Both the position numbers and the translations under genes were made by a program. Below the pieces are notes generated by a model. That model ran no database searches, was not told where the DNA came from, and saw nothing but the letters and a program-made list of their open reading frames with translations. DNA of 35,939 nt from an uncultured Nitrososphaerota archaeon (GTDB taxonomy: Archaea; Thermoproteota; EX4484-205; DTQO01), in the NCBI GenBank assembly GCA_964631995.1, contig CAZWAU010000117.1, positions 1-35,939 on the forward strand, written 5' to 3'. Position 1 is the first letter of the stretch; each line of letters starts with the position of its first letter. Of this stretch, positions 9,351 to 19,030 are shown piece by piece.

Positions 9351-10412
9351 TCAAGATGAAAGCAAATTGTGGGCCTCTTTCAGCATTGAAGGCACGTCCA
9401 GACCATAAGGACACTTTTCTTTACATTGGCCACACTCTACGCAGGCGTCAGCTTTCACCTCAACCATGCTATAACGACCCTTCGCCCATTCGACCAAACC
9501 ATAATTCTTGTAGTAGGCCAATTGACGCAGGATTATGGGGATGCGTATATCTTGGGGACATGGTTGGCAATATCCGCAGCCACGGCAGAATTCCTTGCCA
9601 AGAGACTCTGCCGCTCTTGTCAGCTCCGCCTTCTCGTCTACAGTCATCGAGGAGAAAGTTTCACCTACTCGGGCGTTCTCCTCGACCTCCGAGATGCTAA
9701 CCATGCCAGGAATTGCGACGCTCACGGCATCGTTGGCCAAGACGAACCTAAGCGCTTTTTCAGCCGTGAGCTGTACCTCAGCTACAGCCTTGAGCTGGGA
9801 TGGTGGCGATGCTAAGGCTCCGCCAGCCAGAGGCTTCATCGCTATGACGCCAACGTCCAAGTTTTTTGCCAAAGGAAGTATCTTTTCGTCGACAAGCTCG
9901 TCATTGAGAACATTGTATGATACCATAATGGCTTCGAACAATCCAGATTTCAAACAGCGCTCCATGGTTTCGTGGAAGCGGTGGCAACTGAAACCTATGT
10001 GCCCAATCACGCCATTTTCCTTCGCCTCCATGAGTGCCTCAACAGCCCCTCCAGGTCCAATTACCTTCTCGTAGTCACTTTTGTACCTCAAGTTGTGGCA
10101 CATGTAAATGTCGATGTAGTCGGTCCTGAGTTTTCGAAGGCTCTCTCGTATGTCTGCCTTCATGCCTTCCGCTGTTAGAGCTTGGCTCTTCGTTGATATG
10201 TATAACTCGTTTCGCCTGCCACTCATTGCCAGGCCCATCTTTTCCTCGCTATCTCCATATGCCCTGGCAGTGTCGAAAAAGATGATCCCGAGGTCCAGTG
10301 CTCTGTTCAGAACTTTGTTTGCCTCACCCTTTTCTATCGAAGGGAGTTTCAATCCCCCGAAACCTATGACAGAAACTTCAAGGCCGGTTCTGCCCAGCCT
10401 CTTCTTCATCAT
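9351..10412 (-). CDS. aldo/keto reductase with C-terminal 4Fe-4S dicluster domain
   Basis: RLGRTGLEVSVIGFGG, FFDTARAYG.SE, ISTK, MKPLAGG; C-terminal CRGCGYCQPCP and CVECGQCKEKCP. Start placed at 10412, 24 nt from a TTTAAA box. Confidence 0.93.
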   Translation of the reverse strand: MMKKRLGRTGLEVSVIGFGGLKLPSIEKGEANKVLNRALDLGIIFFDTARAYGDSEEKMGLAMSGRRNELYISTKSQALTAEGMKADIRESLRKLRTDYIDIYMCHNLRYKSDYEKVIGPGGAVEALMEAKENGVIGHIGFSCHRFHETMERCLKSGLFEAIMVSYNVLNDELVDEKILPLAKNLDVGVIAMKPLAGGALASPPSQLKAVAEVQLTAEKALRFVLANDAVSVAIPGMVSISEVEENARVGETFSSMTVDEKAELTRAAESLGKEFCRGCGYCQPCPQDIRIPIILRQLAYYKNYGLVEWAKGRYSMVEVKADACVECGQCKEKCPYGLDVPSMLKEAHNLLSS

Positions 10413-10436
10413 GCCCTTTTTCTGCAACAGGAAACG

Positions 10437-10442
10437 TTTAAA
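10437..10442 (-). promoter_or_regulatory. archaeal-type TATA box (TTTAAA) for the aldo/keto reductase
   Basis: 24 nt upstream of ATG 10412, the spacing expected for a leaderless archaeal transcript. Confidence 0.5.
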
Positions 10443-10649
10443 CATTAACCTTTTGGTGGCTCTGTTGCAAATCTATTGTTGGGAAGAAAAATATCAGCTA
10501 AAGCGTTTATTGGCCATAATCGGCTATCGATTTTATTATTCAATATTCATCTATTAGATTGAAAGGTGGCAGAACGACACTATATTATGGAAGCCTAAGA
10601 CTGTCATTATCGAGAGAGCACCCATAAAGATAGGAGTTTATGCCTATCT

Positions 10650-11708
10650 TCATCTTCCGTAGGCCTCTACTTCAATTCTCCTCCCACTCTTAACCGATTC
10701 ATAGATAGCATACAATGTTGCTTCGTCGAAAAGCCCATCTTGAGCATCTGGTGAAACAGGTTTGTCGTTTAGGACGGCCTCAGCGAAAGCTTCAAGTTGC
10801 TTCTCATATGGGTCAGTATCACCTGCAGCTGGTGTCCTATACTCCTTAAGCTTGCTGTCAAAAGCTAGGACATCTGCGGGTCTTCTCCAATAAGGGAAGA
10901 ATATTCGTGCTAACACACTACCCTTTTCTCCGTGAATATGGAATCCTTCAAACCAATCCATCTTTATAGTTGAGGTTAGCTGCATTGTGCCAGCGGTTCC
11001 ATCTTCAAATTCGAGGACTGATTGAAAGCTTACATTGTTGCCATTTCTGCTCGCTTTCGCCGTAACTGCAGATATGTCACCCATAAACCATCTAATTGTG
11101 TCGATGAGGTGAACGCCGTGACCAAGTATGATAGCTAAGTCAGGATCTTCATATCCTTTCTCAGGCTTCTTCGACATTCTACTGGATAATAGTACGCCAG
11201 CACATGTGTGTACGTATTCCATGTGGAAAACGCTGTCACAATACCAGAAATGTGATGCAAACTTAGTTCCGAGATCCTCATCCGAAAATTTCTTAGCAAA
11301 CTGCAGACCAGGATCATAACGCTTCATGCATCCCATCTGAACTTTCCTACCTGTTCTCTTCACCGTATCAACTATGCGGATACATTCTTCAACTGTTGAG
11401 GCTAGAGGCTTCTCCACCAGAACGTGCTTTCCACTTTCCAAGGCATCTATCGTAAGGTCAGCATGAAACTGGTCTGCAACAGCGATGAGAACTGCATCGA
11501 TCTCATCGTTCCTTAGAAGACTATTCACATCTGTATAAAAATTAGGTATAGCGTATTTTACAGCCATAGCTCTACCTAAATCCAATGCAATATCGCAAAG
11601 TGCCACAACCTCAACGTTACTTGCTTTCTTTGCAGCTGGTAGATGTGCAATTTGTGCTATCGGACCGGCCCCAATTATGCCAAGCCTTAACTTTTGCTTC
11701 GAATTCAT
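10650..11708 (-). CDS. Gfo/Idh/MocA family oxidoreductase
   Basis: LGIIGAGPIAQIAHLP, DAVLIAV...H, GKHVLVEKP, HGVHLID. The true start is likely MNSKQK at 11708; the 112-aa extension in the ORF track is not part of the family. Confidence 0.92.
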   Translation of the reverse strand: MNSKQKLRLGIIGAGPIAQIAHLPAAKKASNVEVVALCDIALDLGRAMAVKYAIPNFYTDVNSLLRNDEIDAVLIAVADQFHADLTIDALESGKHVLVEKPLASTVEECIRIVDTVKRTGRKVQMGCMKRYDPGLQFAKKFSDEDLGTKFASHFWYCDSVFHMEYVHTCAGVLLSSRMSKKPEKGYEDPDLAIILGHGVHLIDTIRWFMGDISAVTAKASRNGNNVSFQSVLEFEDGTAGTMQLTSTIKMDWFEGFHIHGEKGSVLARIFFPYWRRPADVLAFDSKLKEYRTPAAGDTDPYEKQLEAFAEAVLNDKPVSPDAQDGLFDEATLYAIYESVKSGRRIEVEAYGR

Positions 11709-11929
11709 ATTATGGCACTCTAAAGCGCAGTTCACTCTTAAGTTTTTGGAGCGATTCACCTTTGAGCTTTTCATGCCCCCAATGCCATAAACTATGCTTT
11801 CATCATTTTTAATGTTTAACTCTTTATTGAGGACTAAGATATGTAAAATTCCTTCTCCTAACGGGTACCATGTGGCCTTCTGACTCCTTGTTATTTGTAG
11901 CCTCCAATAAAGCCTTGGCTGTGAATGGG

Positions 11930-12252
11930 GCTTGCCTGTGCTGCTATCCAAATGAGCCTCGAGCTCTGATAGATAACTGCAGCTACCCAGCAGTATCGCA
12001 AACAAGCAGGGAAGTGAAAAAATGAAGAAAACCTCAACGTGCACCCTGTACCTGTAGACGTATCACTCCCACGTTCAGGATGCCTTCCTATCCCTTGTTT
12101 TATGGCGCCTGCATTGCTTGCTGTGCCTTTTTGCGAATCTGAAGTCCTTGAACCAGGCCCAGACTATCGAGCAGTCCAAGCTCACCCTCATCTCCCTTGA
12201 TCACTCTGGTCCTGACGAGCTTTGCAGCGGTTCTTGAGAAGATCTCGGTCAA
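11930..12252 (-). pseudogene. degenerate IS5/IS1182-like DDE transposase fragment
   Basis: Manual translation gives EIFSRTAAKLVRTRVIKG, a frameshift, then VSLDCSIVWAW...RDRKAS*TWE*YVYRYRVHVEV. This resembles the xIKGxxVxIDST and DxxAxW...YxxGYKxH blocks of these transposases. Two in-frame stops; boundaries approximate. Confidence 0.55.
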
Positions 12253-12336
12253 AAATAGGCAGATATAGATATGAAATAGAGCCCCTCAGAGACCAAAAAT
12301 TAAATAGAAAGGGTGCTCGCATCTTCATGAATAACG

Positions 12337-13368
12337 ATGGCGAAAAGTGAAGATGAACTTAAATTGTCACAATATTTCAACGCTCATCAGATTTTTGAAA
12401 CGCAGGGGAGAGTGCTCAATCTCACAAAGATCGCTCAGGGCTGGGAGACTGAAATATACTCTTTTGATTTTCGTTTTGAAAGCGGAATTATGCCCCAGAA
12501 GGAGCTGGTTCTCAGAATTTATGTTGGAGATGCAGCTGAAGAAAAATCAAACAAGGAATTCAAAGTCATGGCCAAGCTCCACGGTCTTGGATTCCCTGTA
12601 CCCAAGGTTTACCATTTGGAAATCAATAGGTCGGTTCTAGGAAAACCTTTCGTTATAATGGAGAAGGTGAATGGAAAATCTATGGCGGAGACCATCGAGG
12701 AATCGCCAATCAAGAAAAAAGAAGAGATGGTTAAACTTTTTTGCAAGATTTTCGTGGATCTACATAGATTGGATAAAGAAAATTTCATTTCGGAATCTTC
12801 TATCTACGACAAAGGCACCCCAGATCGTTTTCTGAATGGCATGTTGGAGAAGGGAAGGAGAATGCTCGTCCCTTTCAAGGAAAATCAAATAAAGAAGGTG
12901 CTGGATTGGCTTGAACAAGAGAAAGAGAATGTCCACTCATGGAGGTTATCTCCTGTACATCTTGATTACCACTTTCATAACATTCTGATTGGCGACAATG
13001 GTAAACCTTTCGTGATCGATTGGACAAATTTCGATATAGCTGATTACAGGATGGACCTGGCTTGGACCATTTTGCTTTCAAGTTCATATGACCATCCTGA
13101 AGCGCGAGACATAATCCTCGAAATATATGAAAGAATCGCAGGTGAAAAGGTGGAGGATATCGAATTCTTCGAAGCCCTTGCTGCCGCCAGAAGGCTGTTC
13201 TCTATCTTCATATCCTTGAGAATGGGACCAGAGAGGCTTAGGATGAGGCCAGAGGCTGCTGAGCTGATGAAAAGACAAAAGGGGCACATGAGGTATGTTG
13301 CCAAAGTATTGCACAGTCATACCGGAATCAATGTTTCGGAATTATTAGATGAGTTTTTAAATTTTTGA
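12337..13368 (+). CDS. aminoglycoside phosphotransferase/choline kinase-like (APH) family protein
   Basis: LVLR, GFPVPKV, LGKPFVIMEKVNG, Brenner-type HLDYHFHNIL and IDW..DLAW. Confidence 0.9.
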   Translation: MAKSEDELKLSQYFNAHQIFETQGRVLNLTKIAQGWETEIYSFDFRFESGIMPQKELVLRIYVGDAAEEKSNKEFKVMAKLHGLGFPVPKVYHLEINRSVLGKPFVIMEKVNGKSMAETIEESPIKKKEEMVKLFCKIFVDLHRLDKENFISESSIYDKGTPDRFLNGMLEKGRRMLVPFKENQIKKVLDWLEQEKENVHSWRLSPVHLDYHFHNILIGDNGKPFVIDWTNFDIADYRMDLAWTILLSSSYDHPEARDIILEIYERIAGEKVEDIEFFEALAAARRLFSIFISLRMGPERLRMRPEAAELMKRQKGHMRYVAKVLHSHTGINVSELLDEFLNF

Positions 13369-13411
13369 ATTTTATGAAATATTGCCTTTACATATAACAT
13401 AAACTCATGTG

Positions 13412-14554
13412 TCAGCACAGAAAGCCGTGCTCTCTCACAACCCCATAAGCGTAATTCAGGTTCTCAACGGGCGTTAGTGGGGCAACATTGTTGCCCTCTC
13501 CGAAGATGAACATCTTTCCCTTCAAAACTCCAGAGTGGAGTATGTTCAGCGTCTCCGATCTTATCTTTTCCATCGGACCATATAGAAGAGTCATCACATG
13601 CAGGTTTCCCCTTATAACTACATCATCTCCAAGTATTGCCCTGGCCATCTTGAGATCGAGTGGGTAGCCGGAATCCAAGGACTTGATATCAAGACCTATT
13701 TTTAACACCTCTAGAAGGTGGTTGATGTTACCGCAGAGGTGGATATCAGGTCTTCCAATGCAGAAAGTCTTGACGATCTCCTTGTGCAAAGGGAGAACGA
13801 AACGCTCATACGCCTTTGGGGAAAGCAGCTGTATGGAGTCATCTGCAAATCCAAAGCCCTCGTAAGGGAAGCCCACGCCCTTCAACTTGTGCCAAGCCTT
13901 CATCCTTTCGATTAGGGCGCTGTTGACATGTTGGAGGAACCTTTCGAAGAAATTTGGGTTTGAGTGGAGGTATTTCAATATGGATCCTCCCGTTATATTC
14001 ATGGCGATTGTGAACGGCCCATCTGTGCCAATTGGCAAAGCTATTTCGCCCAAAGGCCTGCCGGCGTAAGTGAAGCCCCCATCTCTCGTCTCTATGAAAT
14101 GGTCGTAGAACCGCTTGACCTTGTCCATGAATCCAGACATCGGATCCGGAATCCCCCTTCTCATGAAAGCCTCCATTTCTTCAGGTTTTCTGAGGAAGGG
14201 CCTTATGTCTGGAACCTGGTTCTTCGCGTAGAAGATTTCTCCACCCAGCCAGGCCGACTCATAGATGTTCTGGAAATTGACGCCAACATCCCATTTTTCT
14301 GGCAAACCCATCTCCCAGTCGGCCCATACATTGTGTCTTCTCCAATAATCAAATTCCAGTTGAACCTTCAACATAACATCAGGGTTGCTGAAGCAACTTT
14401 CGAAAGAATATCCTGCCCTGTTCAATTTTGGGTCGAGCAGCAACATCTTGTAGCTCATAGACCAAGAAACGGGTACTCTTCTATGAGTTCTTCTTTGGAA
14501 GTCGTTCCATAGATTTTTGACTTCAGCGTTATGCTTTTCGAAATCCAAGGTCAT
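13412..14554 (-). CDS. uroporphyrinogen decarboxylase (UroD/MtaA-CmuA-like) family protein
   Basis: GPFTIA, ADDSIQLLSPKAYERFVLPLHKEI, HLCGN, ARAILGDDVVIRGNL, FIFGEGNNVAPLTPVENL. Confidence 0.88.
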   Translation of the reverse strand: MTLDFEKHNAEVKNLWNDFQRRTHRRVPVSWSMSYKMLLLDPKLNRAGYSFESCFSNPDVMLKVQLEFDYWRRHNVWADWEMGLPEKWDVGVNFQNIYESAWLGGEIFYAKNQVPDIRPFLRKPEEMEAFMRRGIPDPMSGFMDKVKRFYDHFIETRDGGFTYAGRPLGEIALPIGTDGPFTIAMNITGGSILKYLHSNPNFFERFLQHVNSALIERMKAWHKLKGVGFPYEGFGFADDSIQLLSPKAYERFVLPLHKEIVKTFCIGRPDIHLCGNINHLLEVLKIGLDIKSLDSGYPLDLKMARAILGDDVVIRGNLHVMTLLYGPMEKIRSETLNILHSGVLKGKMFIFGEGNNVAPLTPVENLNYAYGVVREHGFLC

Positions 14555-14577
14555 GAGATGATTTTCACAATATAGGC

Positions 14578-14583
14578 TTTAAA
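14578..14583 (-). promoter_or_regulatory. archaeal-type TATA box (TTTAAA) for the UroD-like gene
   Basis: 23 nt upstream of ATG 14554. Confidence 0.5.
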
Positions 14584-15064
14584 TCTATTTGTGTTATGCC
14601 AAGCTTGATTCTAGGGGGAGCACGAAAGCCAAAAAAGATCGAATCAACTTTGAATTCAATCGCTTTCTTACCTTTGATATGTCAGGCAGAAAGTTAGCCA
14701 GCTCTTTAAAGGTTTGTGGTCGTCTTCCAAATTAAGTGAGGAAAATTTTGAAAAGATTTGGATCTTCGCTTGCTGAAAAGAAGGCTCTCCAAGAAGAAAG
14801 GACTTCCGCCATTTATATTGACAAAGCCATTATGGCATCCTTCGAATCGACCAATCAGGCACTGATGCTTGCAAGCGGTTTGTATTCACAGGTCATTTTA
14901 CCCTGATCGATCATCTTCTGATCTCAAGGGGGAAGCTTTAAAATCTAAGATCGTTTTTCTCACGGTATGAAAATATTGGCAATAGTTGGAAGGAAGATGG
15001 AAAAAGCACATTTTTGGAAAAGATCTGAGATCCAGACCATTTCAACCCCGCCGGAGGGATTAGC

Positions 15065-15853
15065 ATGAAGGTTTCGATCGCTTCCTTTTCATTTCACGGA
15101 CTGCGAAGCTCAGGTATGATAGACGTGTTTGGATACCTCGAAACCTGCAAGTACCGCTATGGACTTAATACTGCAGATTTGTGGAACGGAATCATTGGGC
15201 CGGACGATCTAATCTTCGACGAGGAATTCCAGAAGAGGCTAATCGAGGCGCTACGCGAAAGGGAGATGGTAGTTGTCAACTATCATGTGGATGGGTGCCA
15301 CATTTGGGAAGACGATCCTGCGCTTCGGGAGAAGAACCACATGTCTGCTTTGGGGCACCTAAAGGTGGCTCGAGCTATCGGGGCGAAGACGGTCAGGATC
15401 GACGCTGGAGGAAAAGGACAAACTTGGACGCCAGAGCAATTCGACCTGATCGTTAAAAGATTCAGGGAGTACGCAGAGATAGGCGCAGATTTCGGTTGCC
15501 GCGTCGGGCCGGAAAGCCACTGGGGTCCAGAACTTGTGCCGGACAACATGGAGCGGCTTGCAAAGGCTGTGAACCACCCAGGGTTTGGCATACTCCTCCA
15601 TGTGGGACATTGGGAGGGCGCTCCGGAGGAGGAGGGCGACAGCCGTCTGGCAAAATATGCGGTGCATACGCACTTGGATGCGCGCATCACTAGGACAAGG
15701 CTTGAACCAGCAATACGGTTGCTTTTGGACGCTGGATACCAAGGTTACTGGGGAATAGAGCATCACTCAGGCAAAAATGAATACGCTGAAGTAGCCTGCC
15801 AGCTGGCCGAAGTTCGGCGGGTTTTGGAGAAGATTCGACTGGAAAAAGGGTGA
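15065..15853 (+). CDS. sugar phosphate isomerase/epimerase, xylose-isomerase-like TIM barrel (AP endonuclease 2 family)
   Basis: ARAIGAKTVRIDAG, GPESHWG, HTHLD, LLDAGYQGYWGIEH; SD GGAGG upstream. Confidence 0.88.
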   Translation: MKVSIASFSFHGLRSSGMIDVFGYLETCKYRYGLNTADLWNGIIGPDDLIFDEEFQKRLIEALREREMVVVNYHVDGCHIWEDDPALREKNHMSALGHLKVARAIGAKTVRIDAGGKGQTWTPEQFDLIVKRFREYAEIGADFGCRVGPESHWGPELVPDNMERLAKAVNHPGFGILLHVGHWEGAPEEEGDSRLAKYAVHTHLDARITRTRLEPAIRLLLDAGYQGYWGIEHHSGKNEYAEVACQLAEVRRVLEKIRLEKG

Positions 15854-15921
15854 GGCATAATGCATTTTGAGATCGAGGCTAAATATATGCGCTACAAATT
15901 TGGAATGGGAGTGTTTTTGGA

Positions 15922-17025
15922 ATGATGTCCAAGATTCGCATAGGCATCATAGGTGTTGGTCAGATTGGAAAACACCACCTTGAAAATTACTCCAAGATCA
16001 CAGGAGCGGAGGTTGTCGCAGCTTCTGACATCAACGAAACGGAGCTGAAAACAGTTGCTGAAAGGTTCAAGATACCTCGCACCTATGTAAACTTCCGTGA
16101 ACTTTTAGATCAGGAAGATATCGATGCCGTTGACGTTTGCCTTCACAACAACTTGCATGCGCCGGTGACGATAGCTGCATTGCAATCTGGGAAACATGTC
16201 TACTGCGAGAAACCCATGGCTGGCGCATACATAGATGCAAAATCGATGTTCGACACTGCACAAATTTGCGGTAAGAAGCTAAGCATTCAGCTAAGCACGA
16301 TCTTCTCGAAGGAAACGAAGGCTGCAAAGAGACTGATAGATGAGGGAAGGCTTGGCCATATCTACCATGCGCGTTCTACCGGTTTCAGGCGCAGGGGGCG
16401 ACCTTTCGTCGACGGATATGGAACAGCCAACTTTGTAAAGAAGGAGATCGCTGGAGGAGGGGCACTTTATGACATGGGGGTCTACCACATCGCCCAAATG
16501 CTTTACTTACTTGGCACTCCGAAAGCAGAGCGCATCACAGGCAAGATTTACCAGGAAACGGGAATGGATGAAGGCAGGAGAAAAAGCAGCGGCTACAATG
16601 TTGAGGAACTCGGTATCGGATTCGTGAGATTTGCAGATGGGCTTACGCTCGATATCATAGAGTCTTGGGCCATCCACCTGAACCAGTTCGAAGGCAGCTT
16701 CATCGTTGGTTCAGAGGGAGGAATTAGGCTTGATCCATTCAGCTTCCATACTTCGTTCTGCGACATGGACATGGATGCAACCTTTAACATAGCAAGTGCG
16801 GATTGGCGCTGGCACCAGTTGCGTGAAAACGAGGAGGCATATGATTCTCCTCAAAACCATTGGATCGCCGCTTTGCAGGGACGTGTACCACTGCTTCCAA
16901 CGGACCGGATTGCCTTGCAGACCATGCTGATCAGCGAGGGGGTCTACCTCTCCGACAAACTTGGGCGCGATGTTACGGCCGAGGAAGTAGAGAAAAGTTC
17001 AAAGTCGACAGCACTGAAGCTCTGA
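15922..17025 (+). CDS. Gfo/Idh/MocA family oxidoreductase
   Basis: [46 protein letters not shown]. Confidence 0.93.
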   Translation: MMSKIRIGIIGVGQIGKHHLENYSKITGAEVVAASDINETELKTVAERFKIPRTYVNFRELLDQEDIDAVDVCLHNNLHAPVTIAALQSGKHVYCEKPMAGAYIDAKSMFDTAQICGKKLSIQLSTIFSKETKAAKRLIDEGRLGHIYHARSTGFRRRGRPFVDGYGTANFVKKEIAGGGALYDMGVYHIAQMLYLLGTPKAERITGKIYQETGMDEGRRKSSGYNVEELGIGFVRFADGLTLDIIESWAIHLNQFEGSFIVGSEGGIRLDPFSFHTSFCDMDMDATFNIASADWRWHQLRENEEAYDSPQNHWIAALQGRVPLLPTDRIALQTMLISEGVYLSDKLGRDVTAEEVEKSSKSTALKL

Positions 17026-17105
17026 TTTTGTAGCCATCGCTGACCAGTTCACCCCCCAAAAGATACTTTGGCTGAAAGAACCAGATTGGAAGAGATGGTC
17101 ATAAA

Positions 17106-17867
17106 ATGAGCGAAGTTGGAAAGTCCATTCGACTGAAAAGTATCTTCAGGGAGGATGGGCGCTCATTGATCGTAGCACTTGATCATGGGCTTGGAGCAAC
17201 CCCCGTCCAAGGGCTGGATAAGCCCCTAGAAGTCATAAGTCAAGTCTGGAAGGGTGGAGCAGATGCTGTAATTACAACAATTGGAACTATAAGGCGTTTC
17301 CACAAAGAGCTTCCTAGAAACTTGGGATTAATTCTTAGCATACCCACAGACCCAAACTCTGTGCGGACAGCTACCGACCTTGGTGTTCATGCGGTCAAGA
17401 ACACTTTTTTCGGCTCTTTGAGCGATGAAAAATTGAGGCTTGTCCATGTTCTTGCACTCGAATGCGAGGAATATGGAATGCCTCTTCTTGCAGAGATAGT
17501 GCCCACAGATCCAAAGACGGGAAAGCCAGTTTACGAACCAGCCAAGATAAAGGCAGCAGCAAGAATCGCTGTAGAATTCGGTGCCGACATCTTGAAGACG
17601 AATTTTACAGGAAGCGCTAGGACATTCAGGGAGGTTGTGGAAGAATGTCCAATACCGATCTTAATTCTTGGAGGAGAGAGAATGGATGAGGACAAGATAG
17701 TGCTTGAGAATGTCAAGGGAGCGATCGAGGCTGGTGCTGCGGGCGTAGCCTTCGGGAGGAATATCTTCCAGCACAGAAATCCGACAGCGATGACGCGTGC
17801 TATCTCTAGATTGATACATGAAGATGCAGATGTGATGGAAGCTATGAAGGAGCTGGCACGTCGATGA
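17106..17867 (+). CDS. class I aldolase, DhnA/archaeal FBPA/LsrF family
   Basis: GKSIRL, IVALDHG, ARIAVEFGADILKT (Schiff-base Lys), PILILGG, GVAFGRNIFQH. Confidence 0.92.
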   Translation: MSEVGKSIRLKSIFREDGRSLIVALDHGLGATPVQGLDKPLEVISQVWKGGADAVITTIGTIRRFHKELPRNLGLILSIPTDPNSVRTATDLGVHAVKNTFFGSLSDEKLRLVHVLALECEEYGMPLLAEIVPTDPKTGKPVYEPAKIKAAARIAVEFGADILKTNFTGSARTFREVVEECPIPILILGGERMDEDKIVLENVKGAIEAGAAGVAFGRNIFQHRNPTAMTRAISRLIHEDADVMEAMKELARR

Positions 17868-17964
17868 AACAAGCGATAGACTTTGGCATCGATTACAGAT
17901 TCTTTACAATGGGAGTAAGTAAATATGATGACAAAACCTTCGCTGGTAGGGAGGGCAAGCGAGA

Positions 17965-19002
17965 TTGAAGGCTGCCATCTTCTATGGCGCTGGTGACATC
18001 AGGGTTGAAGAGCGGCCAACTCCAAAGATAGGCCCTAGAGAGGTGCTCGTAAAGGTCAAGGCAGCTGGAATCTGTGGCAGCGACCTCCACAGTTACAGGT
18101 CATCGCCAAAGCTTCCCGAAGGCCGAATGTTTGGACACGAATGCAGTGGTGAAGTAGTCGAGGTGGGTAAAGATGTCGATCGCATCTCAGTTGGTGAAAG
18201 GGTTGGGCTCGAACCTCTAGTCGGGTGCGGGTATTGCCTTTACTGCCTGTCTGGGAACTACCACCTGTGCCCGAGCTTGCGGCACATCCCAGCTTTTGTC
18301 GAATACCAAAAGTTTCCACAAGAAAAGGCCTTCAAGCTTCCGGACCATGTTTCCTGCAAGGAGGCTTCAACCCTAGACTGCATCGCTGTTGCAGTCCACG
18401 CTGCCAATCTGTCAGGTCTAAAGGGAGGAGAAACTGCTGTAGTCCTTGGCGCTGGAACCATAGGTCTGCTCACGATGCAGGTTTTGAAGGCCTTTGGAGC
18501 TGGAGCTGTCTATGAAACTGGCAAGTATGACTTCCAAGTAAAGTTGGCCAAGGAGCTTGGAGCTGACGCTGCAATCAATGTTGAAAAGGAAAATCTGCTC
18601 GAGAGAATCAAGGCGCTGACAGGAGTGGAGAAGACCGGAAGACAGGAGATGCCGCTTGGAGTCGACCACGTTTACGAAGCTATCGGAGGACCCAAGAACC
18701 AGTTGGAAGATGCATTAAGGGTAGTGAGGAGAGGTGGCACTATAACGGTGATAGGCGACCCAAAGAACCCTTTAAAACTATCTTCTTTCGTGATGAGGGA
18801 AATAAAGATCATAGGATCCTCAAGCTACGCCTACCGGGGCAGGGAGCCTGAATTCAAGGTCGCCCTCGACTTGCTTTCTCGTGGAAAGGTAAATGCCCAA
18901 AAGATAATAACACATACATTTCCGCTTGAAAGGATCAAAGAGGCGTTCGACATAGCTTCGGACAAGGGGACGGGTTGCATTAAGGTCATCATAGAAGCAT
19001 GA
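17965..19002 (+). CDS. Zn-dependent MDR (sorbitol/threonine dehydrogenase-like) dehydrogenase
   Basis: GICGSDLH, GHE, structural Zn site CGYCLYC...NYHLC, GAGTIG. Confidence 0.93.
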   Translation: MKAAIFYGAGDIRVEERPTPKIGPREVLVKVKAAGICGSDLHSYRSSPKLPEGRMFGHECSGEVVEVGKDVDRISVGERVGLEPLVGCGYCLYCLSGNYHLCPSLRHIPAFVEYQKFPQEKAFKLPDHVSCKEASTLDCIAVAVHAANLSGLKGGETAVVLGAGTIGLLTMQVLKAFGAGAVYETGKYDFQVKLAKELGADAAINVEKENLLERIKALTGVEKTGRQEMPLGVDHVYEAIGGPKNQLEDALRVVRRGGTITVIGDPKNPLKLSSFVMREIKIIGSSSYAYRGREPEFKVALDLLSRGKVNAQKIITHTFPLERIKEAFDIASDKGTGCIKVIIEA

Positions 19003-19030
19003 TTCAAGTGTGCCATGGGGAAGAACCATT

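Noticed and set aside
9212-9700. 162-aa + strand ORF following the Gfo gene
   Set aside because: Mostly antisense to the aldo/keto reductase and has no recognisable motif.
11709-12044. 112-aa N-terminal extension of the Gfo ORF suggesting a membrane-anchored fusion
   Set aside because: The family begins at MNSKQKLRLGIIG (11708); the extension crosses promoter-like DNA and the transposase relic.
13412-14554. Annotation as true hemE or as evidence of methanogenesis
   Set aside because: It lacks the HemE RQAGR motif and the full MtaA Zn triad, and there are no tetrapyrrole, corrinoid or mcr genes in the window.
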